Position numbers and translations under genes: made by a program | The notes under the pieces: model-generated | Database searches by the model: none | Told to the model about the DNA's origin: nothing | What the model saw: only the letters and a program-made list of their open reading frames with translations | Source of the DNA: an uncultured Actinomycetes bacterium | GTDB lineage: Bacteria; Actinomycetota; Thermoleophilia; RBG-16-64-13 | Assembly (NCBI GenBank): GCA_963706025.1 | Contig: CAVPLM010000001.1 | Span: forward strand, 1 to 37,602 | Length of the DNA: 37,602 nt | Reading direction: 5' to 3' | Part shown: piece by piece, positions 11,214-20,651 of the stretch | Layout: every line of letters begins with the position of its first letter | How positions within the stretch are numbered: the first letter of the stretch is position 1

Positions 11214-13799
11214 ATGACGCGCGTTGCCAGACTGACCAACAGCACCACCGGGGGCCCGGTCTTCGTAGACGTCAAGGATGGCGAGATCGTTCGCATCCTG
11301 CCTATCGATCTCGACGACAGCGACGGACCCTCATGGAAGATCGAAGCCCGGGGCCGGACGTTCTCCCCTCCGCGCCGGACCACTCTGTCGCCCTGGACGG
11401 TGGCGCACAAGTCGGTCATCTACTCGCCCAAGCGCATCCTCACGCCTCTCAAGCGGGTGGATTTTGACGCCAAGGGCGACCGCAACTGCAACAACCGAGG
11501 CGTATCCGGCTACGAGCCCATCAGTTGGGACGAGGCCTTCGATCTCGTGGCGAGCGAGATCGTCCGGGTCAAGCGGGAATTGGGGCCGGCCGGCATGCTC
11601 ACTACTCCTGGCTCGCACCACATGTGGGGCAGCGTGGGCTACCGCTTCAGCGCCTACTACCGATTCATGGACCTGGTCGGGATGACCTACGGCGAGCACA
11701 ACCCCGACAGCTGGGAAGGCTGGCACTGGGGCGCCATGCATATGTGGGGGTTCAGTCACCGCCTGGGCATCCCGGAACAGTACGACCTGTTGGAAGATGC
11801 GCTCAAGCACACCGAGATGATCGTGTTCTGGTCGGCCGACCCCGAGTCCACCTCCGGCTGCTACGCGGCCTTCGAGAGCACGGCCCGCCGTCGTTGGCTC
11901 AAGGAGCTGGGGATCAAGATGGTCTTTATCGATCCCTACTTCAACCACACCGCCGGCCTCCACTCCGACAAATGGTTCGCGCCCCGCCCGGGTACGGACG
12001 TGGCGGTGGCCTTGGCTATCGCCCACGTGTGGCTCACCGAGGGGACGTACGACACGGAGTACGTCGCCGAGCGGACCTCCGGCTTCGCCGCATGGCGGAG
12101 CTACGTGCTCGGCGACACCGACGGGGTGGCGAAGACGCCGGCCTGGGCGGAGGAGGAGTCGGGCATCGCGGCCCGCGATATCCGGGCTCTGGCGCGCGAG
12201 TGGGCCTCGAAGCCGACCATGCTGGCGGCGGGTGGCCTGGGCGGGATGGGCGGTGCCTGCCGGGCGGCCACCGGCAACGAGTGGGCGCGGGCCATGGTAG
12301 CGCTTGCCGCTTTACAGGGCATGGGCAAGCCGGGCAGCAACATATGGGGGACGACCGCGGGCGCTCCGGTTGATTCGTCCTTCGTGTTCCCCGGATACTC
12401 CGAGGGAGGCATCTCCTGCGACCTCGATCACACCGCGGCCGGGTTCCGCTGGGCGTACCGCATGTTCCCCAAAGGAGGAGCCATGCGAATGGCCCACCAT
12501 TCCGGCGACGGCCAGACCGTGCCCCGGCTGCGCATACCCGAGGCGATGCTCCACGAGCGTCTCGAGTGGAGGGGGAAGGGATTCTGCGGGTCTTCCATCG
12601 AGTCCCAGTTCCGGGAGTACCACTACCCGGCCGAGGGATACGCTCCGGTCGGCATGTACTACCGCTACGGCGGCTCGTTCTTCGGCACCATGACCGAAAC
12701 CAATCGGTACGTAAAGGCCTATCAGAACGACAAGATCCCTTTCGTGGTCAACCAGTCGATCTGGTTCGAAGGCGAAGCCAAGTTCGCCGACGTCATCCTG
12801 CCTGCCTGCACCAACTTCGAGCGCTGGGACATCAGCGAGTGCGCCTACGCATCAGGCTACGTCCCCGACGGCAACAGCTCGCCCAACCATCGCATGGTCG
12901 TCCTGCAGAAGAAATGCATCGAGCCCCTGGGGGAGTCGAAGTCGGACTACGAGATCTTCGCCGGTCTGGCCGAGCGCCTGGGGGTCCACGGGGCCTTCAC
13001 CATGGGAGGAAAGACCGAGCTCGACTGGGTCAGACAGATGTTCGAGGCCAGCGACCTCCCGAAGGTCATCAGGTGGAAGGAGTTCGAGAAGAAGGGTTAC
13101 TATGTCGTACCGGTGCCCGAGGGCCAGGCTTCCACCCCTGCACTCCGTTGGTTCGCCGAGGGACGGCCGAAGGACACGCCGGATTGGGGCCCGCATCCTG
13201 CCGACACGGTCCGGCTTGCCGGTCTTCAGACCAGATCGGGCAAGATCGAGTTCGTGGCCTCCAGTCTGATTCAGTTGGAGCAGGGCGGCACGCTCGACCT
13301 GGAAAGACCGGCGCTCGGCCCCCAGTACATCGAGTCGTGGGAGGGCCATCGCACCACAGATCTGGTGGCGAAGTATCCCCTGCAGCTGATATCTCCCCAT
13401 CCACGCTTCAGCTTCCACACCATGGGTGACGCCAAGGATTCGTGGACCAACGAGGTCAAGGATCACCGCCTCCGTAGGGAGGACGGCCGTTACTACTGGA
13501 TCATCAGGATCAATTCAGGTGACGCCGCGGCTCGGAGCATCGCAGATGGCGATCTGGTACGCGCCTTCAACGACCGGGGCTCGGTCATCCTGGCGGCGCA
13601 GGTGACGGAGAGAGTGCCGCCGGGGACGGTCCATTCGTACGAGTCGTGCGCGGACTACGACCCGCTGGGCGCTCCCGGGGAATCGCCCGACCAGGCCGGC
13701 TGCGTCAATATTTTGACTCCGAAGCGGTTCATCACCCCTACTTCGACAGGGATGGCGAACAACTCCTGCCTGATCCAAGTGGAGAGGTGGGCGGGCTGA
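11214..13799 (+). CDS. athL: Mo-bisPGD oxidoreductase, pyrogallol-phloroglucinol transhydroxylase alpha subunit-like
   Basis: Resembles the Pelobacter acidigallici enzyme throughout (recalled sequence): RLTNSTTGGPVFV, SHHMWG, HNPDSWEGWHWG, FPGYSEGG, DVILPACTNFERWD, SPHPRFSFHTMGD, GTVHSYESCA. No Tat leader and no N-terminal Fe-S motif. Confidence 0.85.
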   Translation: MTRVARLTNSTTGGPVFVDVKDGEIVRILPIDLDDSDGPSWKIEARGRTFSPPRRTTLSPWTVAHKSVIYSPKRILTPLKRVDFDAKGDRNCNNRGVSGYEPISWDEAFDLVASEIVRVKRELGPAGMLTTPGSHHMWGSVGYRFSAYYRFMDLVGMTYGEHNPDSWEGWHWGAMHMWGFSHRLGIPEQYDLLEDALKHTEMIVFWSADPESTSGCYAAFESTARRRWLKELGIKMVFIDPYFNHTAGLHSDKWFAPRPGTDVAVALAIAHVWLTEGTYDTEYVAERTSGFAAWRSYVLGDTDGVAKTPAWAEEESGIAARDIRALAREWASKPTMLAAGGLGGMGGACRAATGNEWARAMVALAALQGMGKPGSNIWGTTAGAPVDSSFVFPGYSEGGISCDLDHTAAGFRWAYRMFPKGGAMRMAHHSGDGQTVPRLRIPEAMLHERLEWRGKGFCGSSIESQFREYHYPAEGYAPVGMYYRYGGSFFGTMTETNRYVKAYQNDKIPFVVNQSIWFEGEAKFADVILPACTNFERWDISECAYASGYVPDGNSSPNHRMVVLQKKCIEPLGESKSDYEIFAGLAERLGVHGAFTMGGKTELDWVRQMFEASDLPKVIRWKEFEKKGYYVVPVPEGQASTPALRWFAEGRPKDTPDWGPHPADTVRLAGLQTRSGKIEFVASSLIQLEQGGTLDLERPALGPQYIESWEGHRTTDLVAKYPLQLISPHPRFSFHTMGDAKDSWTNEVKDHRLRREDGRYYWIIRINSGDAAARSIADGDLVRAFNDRGSVILAAQVTERVPPGTVHSYESCADYDPLGAPGESPDQAGCVNILTPKRFITPTSTGMANNSCLIQVERWAG

Positions 13800-13923
13800 G
13801 GGCTGACCGGCCCACGGGTACCTAGGAGTGGGGCCGGCGTGCCCGGGCCGCCGGAAGAACGTGAAACCCAGCGCGAACGTGAGGAAAGGGAGATCCTGCA
13901 ACCTGAATGAGAGGGCGACCAAG

Positions 13924-14733
13924 CTACTCCTGCTCTTCGACCGTCTCGTGCCAGGGACGGCGCTCACCCACCTTGGCGCGCAGGCGCCAGGTGCGCGACT
14001 TCGGTTCAGCCTTGATCGTCTCCTCGAGCCGTGCGAGCTTGGCGCGCACTTGGTCGCGCATGCCGGGCTCCACGGCGTATGCGTCGAGCCGCTTGTATAG
14101 GCGCGCCAAGTTGAGCTCGACATCGTGGAAGAGGCCCCAGTCGCGTGCGCAGAGCTGGGCGATATAGGGCACGTCGATCGCCTTGGGATCGTCGGCGGTG
14201 CCGAGCTCTAAATCCTGGAGAAGGGTGAAGATGTCGCGGTCGTCCTTCTCGTTCAGGTTGGCCATCTGCAGCTTGGTAAGGAGCACATCGCTAACCGTGA
14301 TGGTGTAGTCGTCGAGGTCCAGCCGGTCGCTCAGGTCGATGGCGTGGTCCATCTTGAACGTATCAAGGAAGACGTCGATATGGTCGTCGTCGTGCCGGCT
14401 GTAGCAGGCCCATTGCTCCTTGAGGCCGCACTCGCGGGCGAACTGCAGCTGACGTCCGCCGGTCGCTTGGCGCACGTGGACGACCTCCTCGAACCCGAGG
14501 TCGGTGAAGAGACTCGCGATACGCTCAGCGTCACGCCGATGCCCCACCATGTCGATGTCGCCGTGGTCGCGCTCGCAGAAGTCGAGCGACTGGCAGTGGA
14601 AACGCACGGCGAGGCCGCCGAGGAGGCGCAGGACGATGCCTCGCCCGCGGGCGGCGTCGATGACGCGCTCGGCCTCGGCGATCATGTCCGCACGGGTTGC
14701 GAGTATGAGTTCTGTAGGCACCGGGGTGTTCAT
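13924..14733 (-). CDS. Conserved hypothetical protein with a nucleotidyltransferase-like GG...DID motif
   Basis: LRLLGGLAV...RDHGDIDMV, HIDVFLD, DVLLTKLQ, NEKDDRD. Confidence 0.7.
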   Translation of the reverse strand: MNTPVPTELILATRADMIAEAERVIDAARGRGIVLRLLGGLAVRFHCQSLDFCERDHGDIDMVGHRRDAERIASLFTDLGFEEVVHVRQATGGRQLQFARECGLKEQWACYSRHDDDHIDVFLDTFKMDHAIDLSDRLDLDDYTITVSDVLLTKLQMANLNEKDDRDIFTLLQDLELGTADDPKAIDVPYIAQLCARDWGLFHDVELNLARLYKRLDAYAVEPGMRDQVRAKLARLEETIKAEPKSRTWRLRAKVGERRPWHETVEEQE

Positions 14734-14891
14734 GGCCCCCACTGTCCCCCGCGTGAAGCGTTGGCAAACAAGCGGGACGCTTCGAGGAGACTCGGCCTTG
14801 GTGCACTTGGTGAACAAGGCCTGCTGTATCCTGGAGCGGGCCGAACGAAAGCGACAGGCGGTGGCTGGTCGAGACAGTGAAAGGAGCAGCA

Positions 14892-15581
14892 ATGGAGTAC
14901 CAGGATCTTCTCGAGCTCGTGCAGGCGCGGAGGAGCACCAGAGCGTTCACGACGGATCCCGTGCCGGACGCCCTGGTGGATCGGATCATCGAGGTCGCCC
15001 GCTGGGCGCCATCGGGGACCAACTCCCAGCCGTGGGAGTTCGTGGTGGTTCGAGACAAGGAGACGAAAGACCGTATCGCTGGGTTCGTGAAAGTGCAGGC
15101 CTACCCGGCGCATGAGGTCGAACTGACCCGGCCGGAGGACATGAGATGGCCTTCAGCGGCACGCCCGGTCTCAGACCCGGGCTGGAAGGACGCCCCCGTG
15201 CTGATAGTGGTGTGCGGCGACATCCGCACCAAAGAATCGTACCCACTCGTGACTCAACTGGTCCGGGGCGATCTTGTCTTCGACTCCTCGCTGGCCAGCG
15301 CCTTCCTCTATATGACCCTGGCAGCTACCACCCTGGGTCTGGGCTGCCAATGGACCACTGCGGCCAGCAATCCCTACGTGATGCCTCTCGTCAAGGAACT
15401 ACTGGGGATCCCGGAAGACCTGGTCGTCTACGACATGATGGCCCTGGGCCATCCGGCGGTTCAGCCGAAGCCCCGCATCGTCCGGGAGCGGGCGGAGATC
15501 ACCCACTACGACCACTACGACCTGACGAAGCACCGCACCGACGAGCAGGTGAAGGAGTTTCTGCGCGGTCTTCGCAAGTAG
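14892..15581 (+). CDS. Nitroreductase family flavoprotein
   Basis: RRSTRAF, RWAPSGTNSQPWEFVVV, AATTLGLGCQW; AAGGAG RBS. Confidence 0.92.
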   Translation: MEYQDLLELVQARRSTRAFTTDPVPDALVDRIIEVARWAPSGTNSQPWEFVVVRDKETKDRIAGFVKVQAYPAHEVELTRPEDMRWPSAARPVSDPGWKDAPVLIVVCGDIRTKESYPLVTQLVRGDLVFDSSLASAFLYMTLAATTLGLGCQWTTAASNPYVMPLVKELLGIPEDLVVYDMMALGHPAVQPKPRIVRERAEITHYDHYDLTKHRTDEQVKEFLRGLRK

Positions 15582-15769
15582 CTTGGAGCACCGACCCGCA
15601 ACGATACCCGAGCAGACCCGGGTGCCGAAAGCCTCGACCAAGCGCCCTCCTACTGTGCGGGCCCCGATGGTGTTGCTGGCCAGTCAAGCGCTGGGAGCTA
15701 TCGGCGGAGGCATCGGGCTTGTCACTCACGGGATCTCGTCGCTCAGCCGCCGACGACTTCGATCGTCTT

Positions 15770-16084
15770 GAGAGGCGTGCAGGGGGGAACGCAGACGATC
15801 TTCGATCCCTACTCCGACGTCACTCGGGCCCAGGTGATCACCATGGTGGTCAGAGCCGGACGGGCTGTGAAACCCGAGGCTCTGCCCGATCCGCCTCCCG
15901 AGTTCTCCTCGGTCTTGGGCCAATTTGACAACGTACACGCTCCCAATCTACGGATCGCCGAATACCATGGCCCCCTGGGGGTCTGCCGGGCTACGGTCAG
16001 GCATGGGACCCGTGGGCCAAGGCCTCGCGCGGAGAAGAGTGTCAGCTTATCGCCAACCTGATGCACGAGCTGGAACTCGACTAA
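15770..16084 (+). pseudogene. 3' remnant of an SLH surface protein gene
   Basis: FDPYSDVTRAQVITMVVRA...HAPNLRIAEYHG, then a frameshift to AWDPWAKASRGEECQLIANLMHELELD*. Matches SLH repeats 2-3 of neighbouring genes; no signal peptide or first repeat. Confidence 0.75.
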
Positions 16085-16099
16085 GTGGGCGGGACCGCG

Positions 16100-17110
16100 T
16101 CAGTCCTCCAAGATCTTGGTGGGTTGGTGGCGGTCGGTGGTGGAGCCGTCTCCGAGTTGGCCGAACTCATTGTTTCCCCACACCCACAGGGAGCCGTCGC
16201 TCTTGAGCGCGAGGGAGTGGTACCAACCGGCGGCCAACGCCCTCCAGTCGGTGTCTGTCCCGATGCGGGTGGGCACAAGACGCTGCTCGGTGGTACCGTC
16301 ACCCAGTTGGCCATAGTAGTTTGCTCCCCAAACCCACAGGGAACCGTCGGACCTGCGGGCCGAGGAGTGGTATCTTCCGGCCTCTATCGTCCTGCAGTCG
16401 AACTCGTTTCCGACGCGGGTGGGCACACTGCGGTGGGTGGTGGTGCCGTCACCCAGTTGGCCACCATCGTTCATTCCACAGGCCCACAGAGAACCATCGC
16501 TCTTGAGGGCGAATGACTGGAACCACTCAGCGCCAACGGCCACCCAGTCGCTGTCGGTGCCGACGCGCGTGGGCACGAAGCGGCGGACGTCGGAGCCGTC
16601 ACCCAGTTGGCCGTTGGAGTTCTGTCCCCAACCCCAGAGGGAGCCGTCCCTTCTGACAGCCAGGGAGTGGGCCCGACCGGCAGCGACGGACTTCCAGTCG
16701 CTATCGGTCCCGATACGGATGGGCGCGGGCCGAGAGTCGGAGCTTCCGTCACCCAATTGGCCACTGGTATTCAGTCCCCAGGCCCAGAGGGAACCGTCTG
16801 TCTTGATGGCAAGGGAGTGATTCCCGCCGGCGGCGATTGCCATCCAGTCGCTGTCGGTGCCGACGCGGGTGGGTGTCAGGAGCAAGCCGCCCTGGGTCCA
16901 TCCCCAGGCCCAGAGGGAACCGTCTCTTTTCAGGGCCAGGGAGTGCTGCTCGCCTGCGGCGACGGCCCTCCAGTCGGCATCGACGCCGATGCGGGCGGGC
17001 TCGCGCCGGTCGGTGGTAGTGCCGTCGCCCACTTGGCCGTAGGCATTGTTGCCCCAGGCCCACAGGGAGCCGTCGGATCTGATGACCAGTGAATACCAGT
17101 CCCCGGCCGC
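16100..17110 (-). repeat. RCC1 coding repeats with 150-bp period
   Basis: CCGTCACCCAGTTGGCC-like motif at 16146, 16296, 16446, 16596, 16746, then 17022 (276-bp gap, so one unit is 24 bp short). Confidence 0.85.
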
Positions 17111-17764
17111 GAGCAGGCTGGAGGATTCGGCCCGCTGAAGAGCGTTCCATAGCATCTGGGCCACCTCTCCCCGGCTCGCGTTCTGCCAGGGGTTCCAGGA
17201 GGAGCCGAAGGCGACTAGACCCTCGAGCAGGTCGTTGTATTCGGCTTCGGCCATCTTGGCGGCGTGATCGGGGCTGAAGTCACCCAGAGTGCCGGTGTAA
17301 CCGGCAGGTGGCGCGACAAGGGTGCCGGGTCGGAGGTTGTCCAAGGCCCTCACCACCATTGTCACCACCTGGGCCCGGGTGATGTTGGCGTAGGGGGCGA
17401 AGGAAGTGGGGGTTCTACCCTGGGTGATGGCGTTCTGGGCGGCGGCGGCGATGTACCCCCGGGGATAGGGCCAACTCGACTCCACATCGACGAAGGGGCA
17501 CTGGTCCGCGGGAAGGGGTTCCAGCCCCAGGCTGAGCACGATCATCTTGGCGAACTGCTGGCGCATGACCAGGTCGCCGGGCCCGAAGTTCCCGTTGGGG
17601 TAGCCGCTTATGATTCTGCGGGCGGAGAGGGCGGTGATGGCCGAGGCGTAGGGATGATTACTGGGGACGTCGGGGAAGGAAGCGGCAGAGGCCGACCCGC
17701 TCCCGAGCAGCCCCAACAGCGCCGCGCAGACGATAACGAGAACCAGTGTGCGACGAATGGTCAT
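16100..17764 (-). CDS. Secreted protein with N-terminal SLH module and C-terminal RCC1/BLIP-II-like repeats
   Basis: Signal peptide ending ASA; [10 protein letters not shown]...[19 protein letters not shown]; repeated [30 protein letters not shown]. Confidence 0.92.
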   Translation of the reverse strand: MTIRRTLVLVIVCAALLGLLGSGSASAASFPDVPSNHPYASAITALSARRIISGYPNGNFGPGDLVMRQQFAKMIVLSLGLEPLPADQCPFVDVESSWPYPRGYIAAAAQNAITQGRTPTSFAPYANITRAQVVTMVVRALDNLRPGTLVAPPAGYTGTLGDFSPDHAAKMAEAEYNDLLEGLVAFGSSWNPWQNASRGEVAQMLWNALQRAESSSLLAAGDWYSLVIRSDGSLWAWGNNAYGQVGDGTTTDRREPARIGVDADWRAVAAGEQHSLALKRDGSLWAWGWTQGGLLLTPTRVGTDSDWMAIAAGGNHSLAIKTDGSLWAWGLNTSGQLGDGSSDSRPAPIRIGTDSDWKSVAAGRAHSLAVRRDGSLWGWGQNSNGQLGDGSDVRRFVPTRVGTDSDWVAVGAEWFQSFALKSDGSLWACGMNDGGQLGDGTTTHRSVPTRVGNEFDCRTIEAGRYHSSARRSDGSLWVWGANYYGQLGDGTTEQRLVPTRIGTDTDWRALAAGWYHSLALKSDGSLWVWGNNEFGQLGDGSTTDRHQPTKILED

Positions 17765-17928
17765 GGCCCTCCCTCCTAAGGTGAAGTCCGAGCCTCTTCG
17801 AAGCCGAGTAGTCCCCAGTTAACCGCGCAGTTCCTAGGCTACCGATCAGTCTGGCGGAACCTGCATCTCAGTCTACAACAGGTCTTTGCCGAGGAGCAAC
17901 GGGTATCGATGCCTTAGTCGGCCGCGAC

Positions 17929-19563
17929 TCAGCGCTGCGTCTGCGTCTCCACGATGCTCTCCACGTTATACGTGCGGCGAAGCGCCGGCTTGTCGATCTT
18001 GCCGGTTGCGCTGCGGGGCACCGTGTCGAAGATGATCCTGCGGGGCCGCTTGTAACGGGGCAGCGAAGAGCAGAACTCCGCCATCTCCTCCTCTGTGCAC
18101 CGGTGGCCGCGCTTGAGCTGGATTATCGCCGCCGCGATCTCCCCGAGGCGCTCGTCCGGCAGGCCGATTACCGCCACGTCCTTGATGGCATCGTGCCCGT
18201 GGAGGAAGTCCTCCACCTGTACCGGGTAGATGTTCTCGCCGCCGGTGATGATCACATCCTTCTTGCGGTCGACCAGGTAGATGAAGCCCTCTTCATCCGT
18301 GCGCGCCATGTCGCCGGTGAGGAGCCAACCATCCCTCATCACCGCGGCGGTGGCTTCCGGATCGTTATAGTAGCCCCTCATGACCCCCGGGCCCTTGACA
18401 GCCAGCTCCCCGACTTCTCCCTGCGGGACCGGTTCGCCGGACTCGGCGACGATCCTCGTCTCCCACTGAAAGCCCGGCTTCCCGATGGCGCCCACCTTGT
18501 GGATGTTCTCGATCCCCAGGTGCACGCAGCCCGGGCCGACCGACTCAGTCAGACCGTAGTCCGTGTCGTAGAGATGGCCGGGAAAGTGCTCCTTCCAGCG
18601 GTGCACCAGGCTGGGTGGAACCGGCTGCGCCCCTATATGCATGAGCCTCCACTGCCCCAACTCGTAGTCTCCGAGTCTCACGTCCCCCCGGTCGATCGCT
18701 TCAAGGATGTCCTGCGCCCAGGGGACGAGGAGCCAGACTACGGTGACCCCCTCGTCCGATATGGTTCTGAGGATCCACTCCGGCTTCACCCCCCGTAGCA
18801 GCACGCCCCTGCTGCCGGCCAGAAGGCTGCCGAACCAGTGCATCTTGCCCCCGGTGTGATAGAGCGGTGCGATGCACAGGAAGTTGTCTTCTCGGGTCTG
18901 TCCGTGATGCCGCTGTTCGGTGACGCACGAGGACATGATGCCGCGATGATCGTGCAGTATCGCCTTAGGAAAGCCGGTGGTCCCCGACGAGAAGTACAGG
19001 GCGGCATCTTCTTCTTCCGAGATCTCGATCCGCGGGGCTTCGGCCGAGCATTCCGAAGTCAGCTCGGCGTAGCTCTCCGCGAACGTCGGGCAGTCAGTGC
19101 CTACGAAGAACCGGGGCTCGACCTTCGGGATACGGTCGACGATCGACTCGATGCGCCCGATGAACTCGGGCCCGAACGCCAGCGCGCCGGCCTCCGAGAG
19201 CTTGAGACAGTACTCGATCTCCTCGGCCGTGTATCGGTAGTTCATCGGCACCGCGACGGCGCCGGTCTTGAGGATGCCGAAATAGATCGGCAACCACTCG
19301 AGACAGTTCATGATGAGGATCGCGACCTTGTCTCCCTTGCCGATGCCCTGTCCCAGCAACAGGTTCGCGAAGCGGTTGGCGGCATCGTCGAATTGGCGCC
19401 AGGTCATCTCTCTCCGGGAATGCTCGTGCGGATTGGTCTCCATGAGCTCGTATTCGCGCCACGTGACCTCGTGCTTCTCTCCTAGCTCAGGATTGACCTC
19501 GACGAGGCAGACCTCGTCTCCGTAGAGCCTTGCGTTGCGCGAGAGTAACTGGGTGATCAGCAT
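17929..19563 (-). CDS. AMP-forming acyl-CoA synthetase (ANL superfamily)
   Basis: YFSSGTTGFPK, YGLTE, GWLLTGD, DRKKDVIITGGENIYP, SATGKIDK. Confidence 0.93.
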   Translation of the reverse strand: MLITQLLSRNARLYGDEVCLVEVNPELGEKHEVTWREYELMETNPHEHSRREMTWRQFDDAANRFANLLLGQGIGKGDKVAILIMNCLEWLPIYFGILKTGAVAVPMNYRYTAEEIEYCLKLSEAGALAFGPEFIGRIESIVDRIPKVEPRFFVGTDCPTFAESYAELTSECSAEAPRIEISEEEDAALYFSSGTTGFPKAILHDHRGIMSSCVTEQRHHGQTREDNFLCIAPLYHTGGKMHWFGSLLAGSRGVLLRGVKPEWILRTISDEGVTVVWLLVPWAQDILEAIDRGDVRLGDYELGQWRLMHIGAQPVPPSLVHRWKEHFPGHLYDTDYGLTESVGPGCVHLGIENIHKVGAIGKPGFQWETRIVAESGEPVPQGEVGELAVKGPGVMRGYYNDPEATAAVMRDGWLLTGDMARTDEEGFIYLVDRKKDVIITGGENIYPVQVEDFLHGHDAIKDVAVIGLPDERLGEIAAAIIQLKRGHRCTEEEMAEFCSSLPRYKRPRRIIFDTVPRSATGKIDKPALRRTYNVESIVETQTQR

Positions 19564-19721
19564 CTGCTGTGCTCCCTGCGGTTCTCTGCCGACTGCATTT
19601 CGCATCATCGCACATGGAGGCGCTCAAGCATTGACAACGTGCCTTTCGGGTATCTGGTGTCATGTGCGTGGGGTACCACCTATGCCCCGTGTTGGTGTTC
19701 AGCGGCACGTGGAGGCAGCCG

Positions 19722-20219
19722 ATGCGTGTCAGGTCGATGACGGCCGTGACCTTGCCTCAGGCGAAGGCGCTTGTAGACAGTGTCTTCCCCCGTCAGGGCC
19801 CGGTTGAACGGCTGTTCTTCTGGGCATGGAGTCGCCGTGACCGGCCGGTCGTCAAGGTCCTGCTCGCGGTCGTCGGTGTGAAAGACCTGGGCGACTTCTG
19901 GGTCGCGCTCGACGACGACGACAGAGTAGCCGGCACGGTAGGTCTATACCGCAATCGCAAGGACGCCCACGAGGCTCTCTGGCTCTCCTGGTTCTGTGTA
20001 TCGCCTGAGCACCGTGGCACGGGTCTCGGCGGACGCCTTCTCGACCTCGCCATCGAGCGGGCGCGGGTGTCGGGGGCTCGGTACCTGAGGCTCTACACCG
20101 GTGACGACCCTATCATGGCCAAGGCTCAGCATGTCTACGAGAGCCGGGGGCTCCGTATCTACAAGACCCTGAACCTCTTTCGAGTCCGGGTGATCTACCG
20201 CCAACTCGATCTGTTTTGA
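19722..20219 (+). CDS. GNAT family N-acetyltransferase
   Basis: FCVSPEHRGTGLGGRLL motif A, AQHVYESRG; GGAGG RBS. Confidence 0.88.
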   Translation: MRVRSMTAVTLPQAKALVDSVFPRQGPVERLFFWAWSRRDRPVVKVLLAVVGVKDLGDFWVALDDDDRVAGTVGLYRNRKDAHEALWLSWFCVSPEHRGTGLGGRLLDLAIERARVSGARYLRLYTGDDPIMAKAQHVYESRGLRIYKTLNLFRVRVIYRQLDLF

Positions 20220-20297
20220 GGCGCCCTGATCGAACCTCACTTCGCGAGCCGTACCAGCCAGACCCTCGCAAGGGCGGCGTGTCCACGCCCGATCCAT

Positions 20298-20549
20298 TTG
20301 ACGGAGCTGTCCGGCGGAGAGCAGGGTCGGGTGGCCATCGCCCGCGCCGTGGTGAACGATCCGCCCCTGGTCCTTGCCGACGAGCCGACCGGTAGCCTGG
20401 ATACCGCCAATGGGAGGCAGATCCTCGCAGTGTTGCGTGAGTTAGCCGATGGCGGTCACGCGGTGGTCATGGTTACCCATAACCCTGAATCCGGCGCGGT
20501 CGTCGACCGTATCATCGAGATCCGGGACGGGTGCTGCCGGCTCCCCTAG
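20298..20549 (+). pseudogene. C-terminal fragment of a LolD/MacB-type ABC ATPase
   Basis: [25 protein letters not shown] and MVTH are present. No Walker A and no room for it after the GNAT stop. Confidence 0.8.
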
Positions 20550-20651
20550 GATCCAGGCGCTGTTAGCATCCCCACCCAGATGCGCTATGTTTAGCGGAGG
20601 ATAGCCCGGACATTTTTCCTACTCGGTCGCAAGTGCGCTGAATACCCGGAG

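Noticed and set aside
11331-13466. Long antisense and alternate-frame ORFs here and across the window
   Set aside because: Shadow ORFs of GC-rich genes, Arg/Gly/Pro-rich and without motifs.
16100-17110. Periodic repeats as a CRISPR array
   Set aside because: In-frame 150-bp degenerate coding repeats (RCC1); no cas genes.
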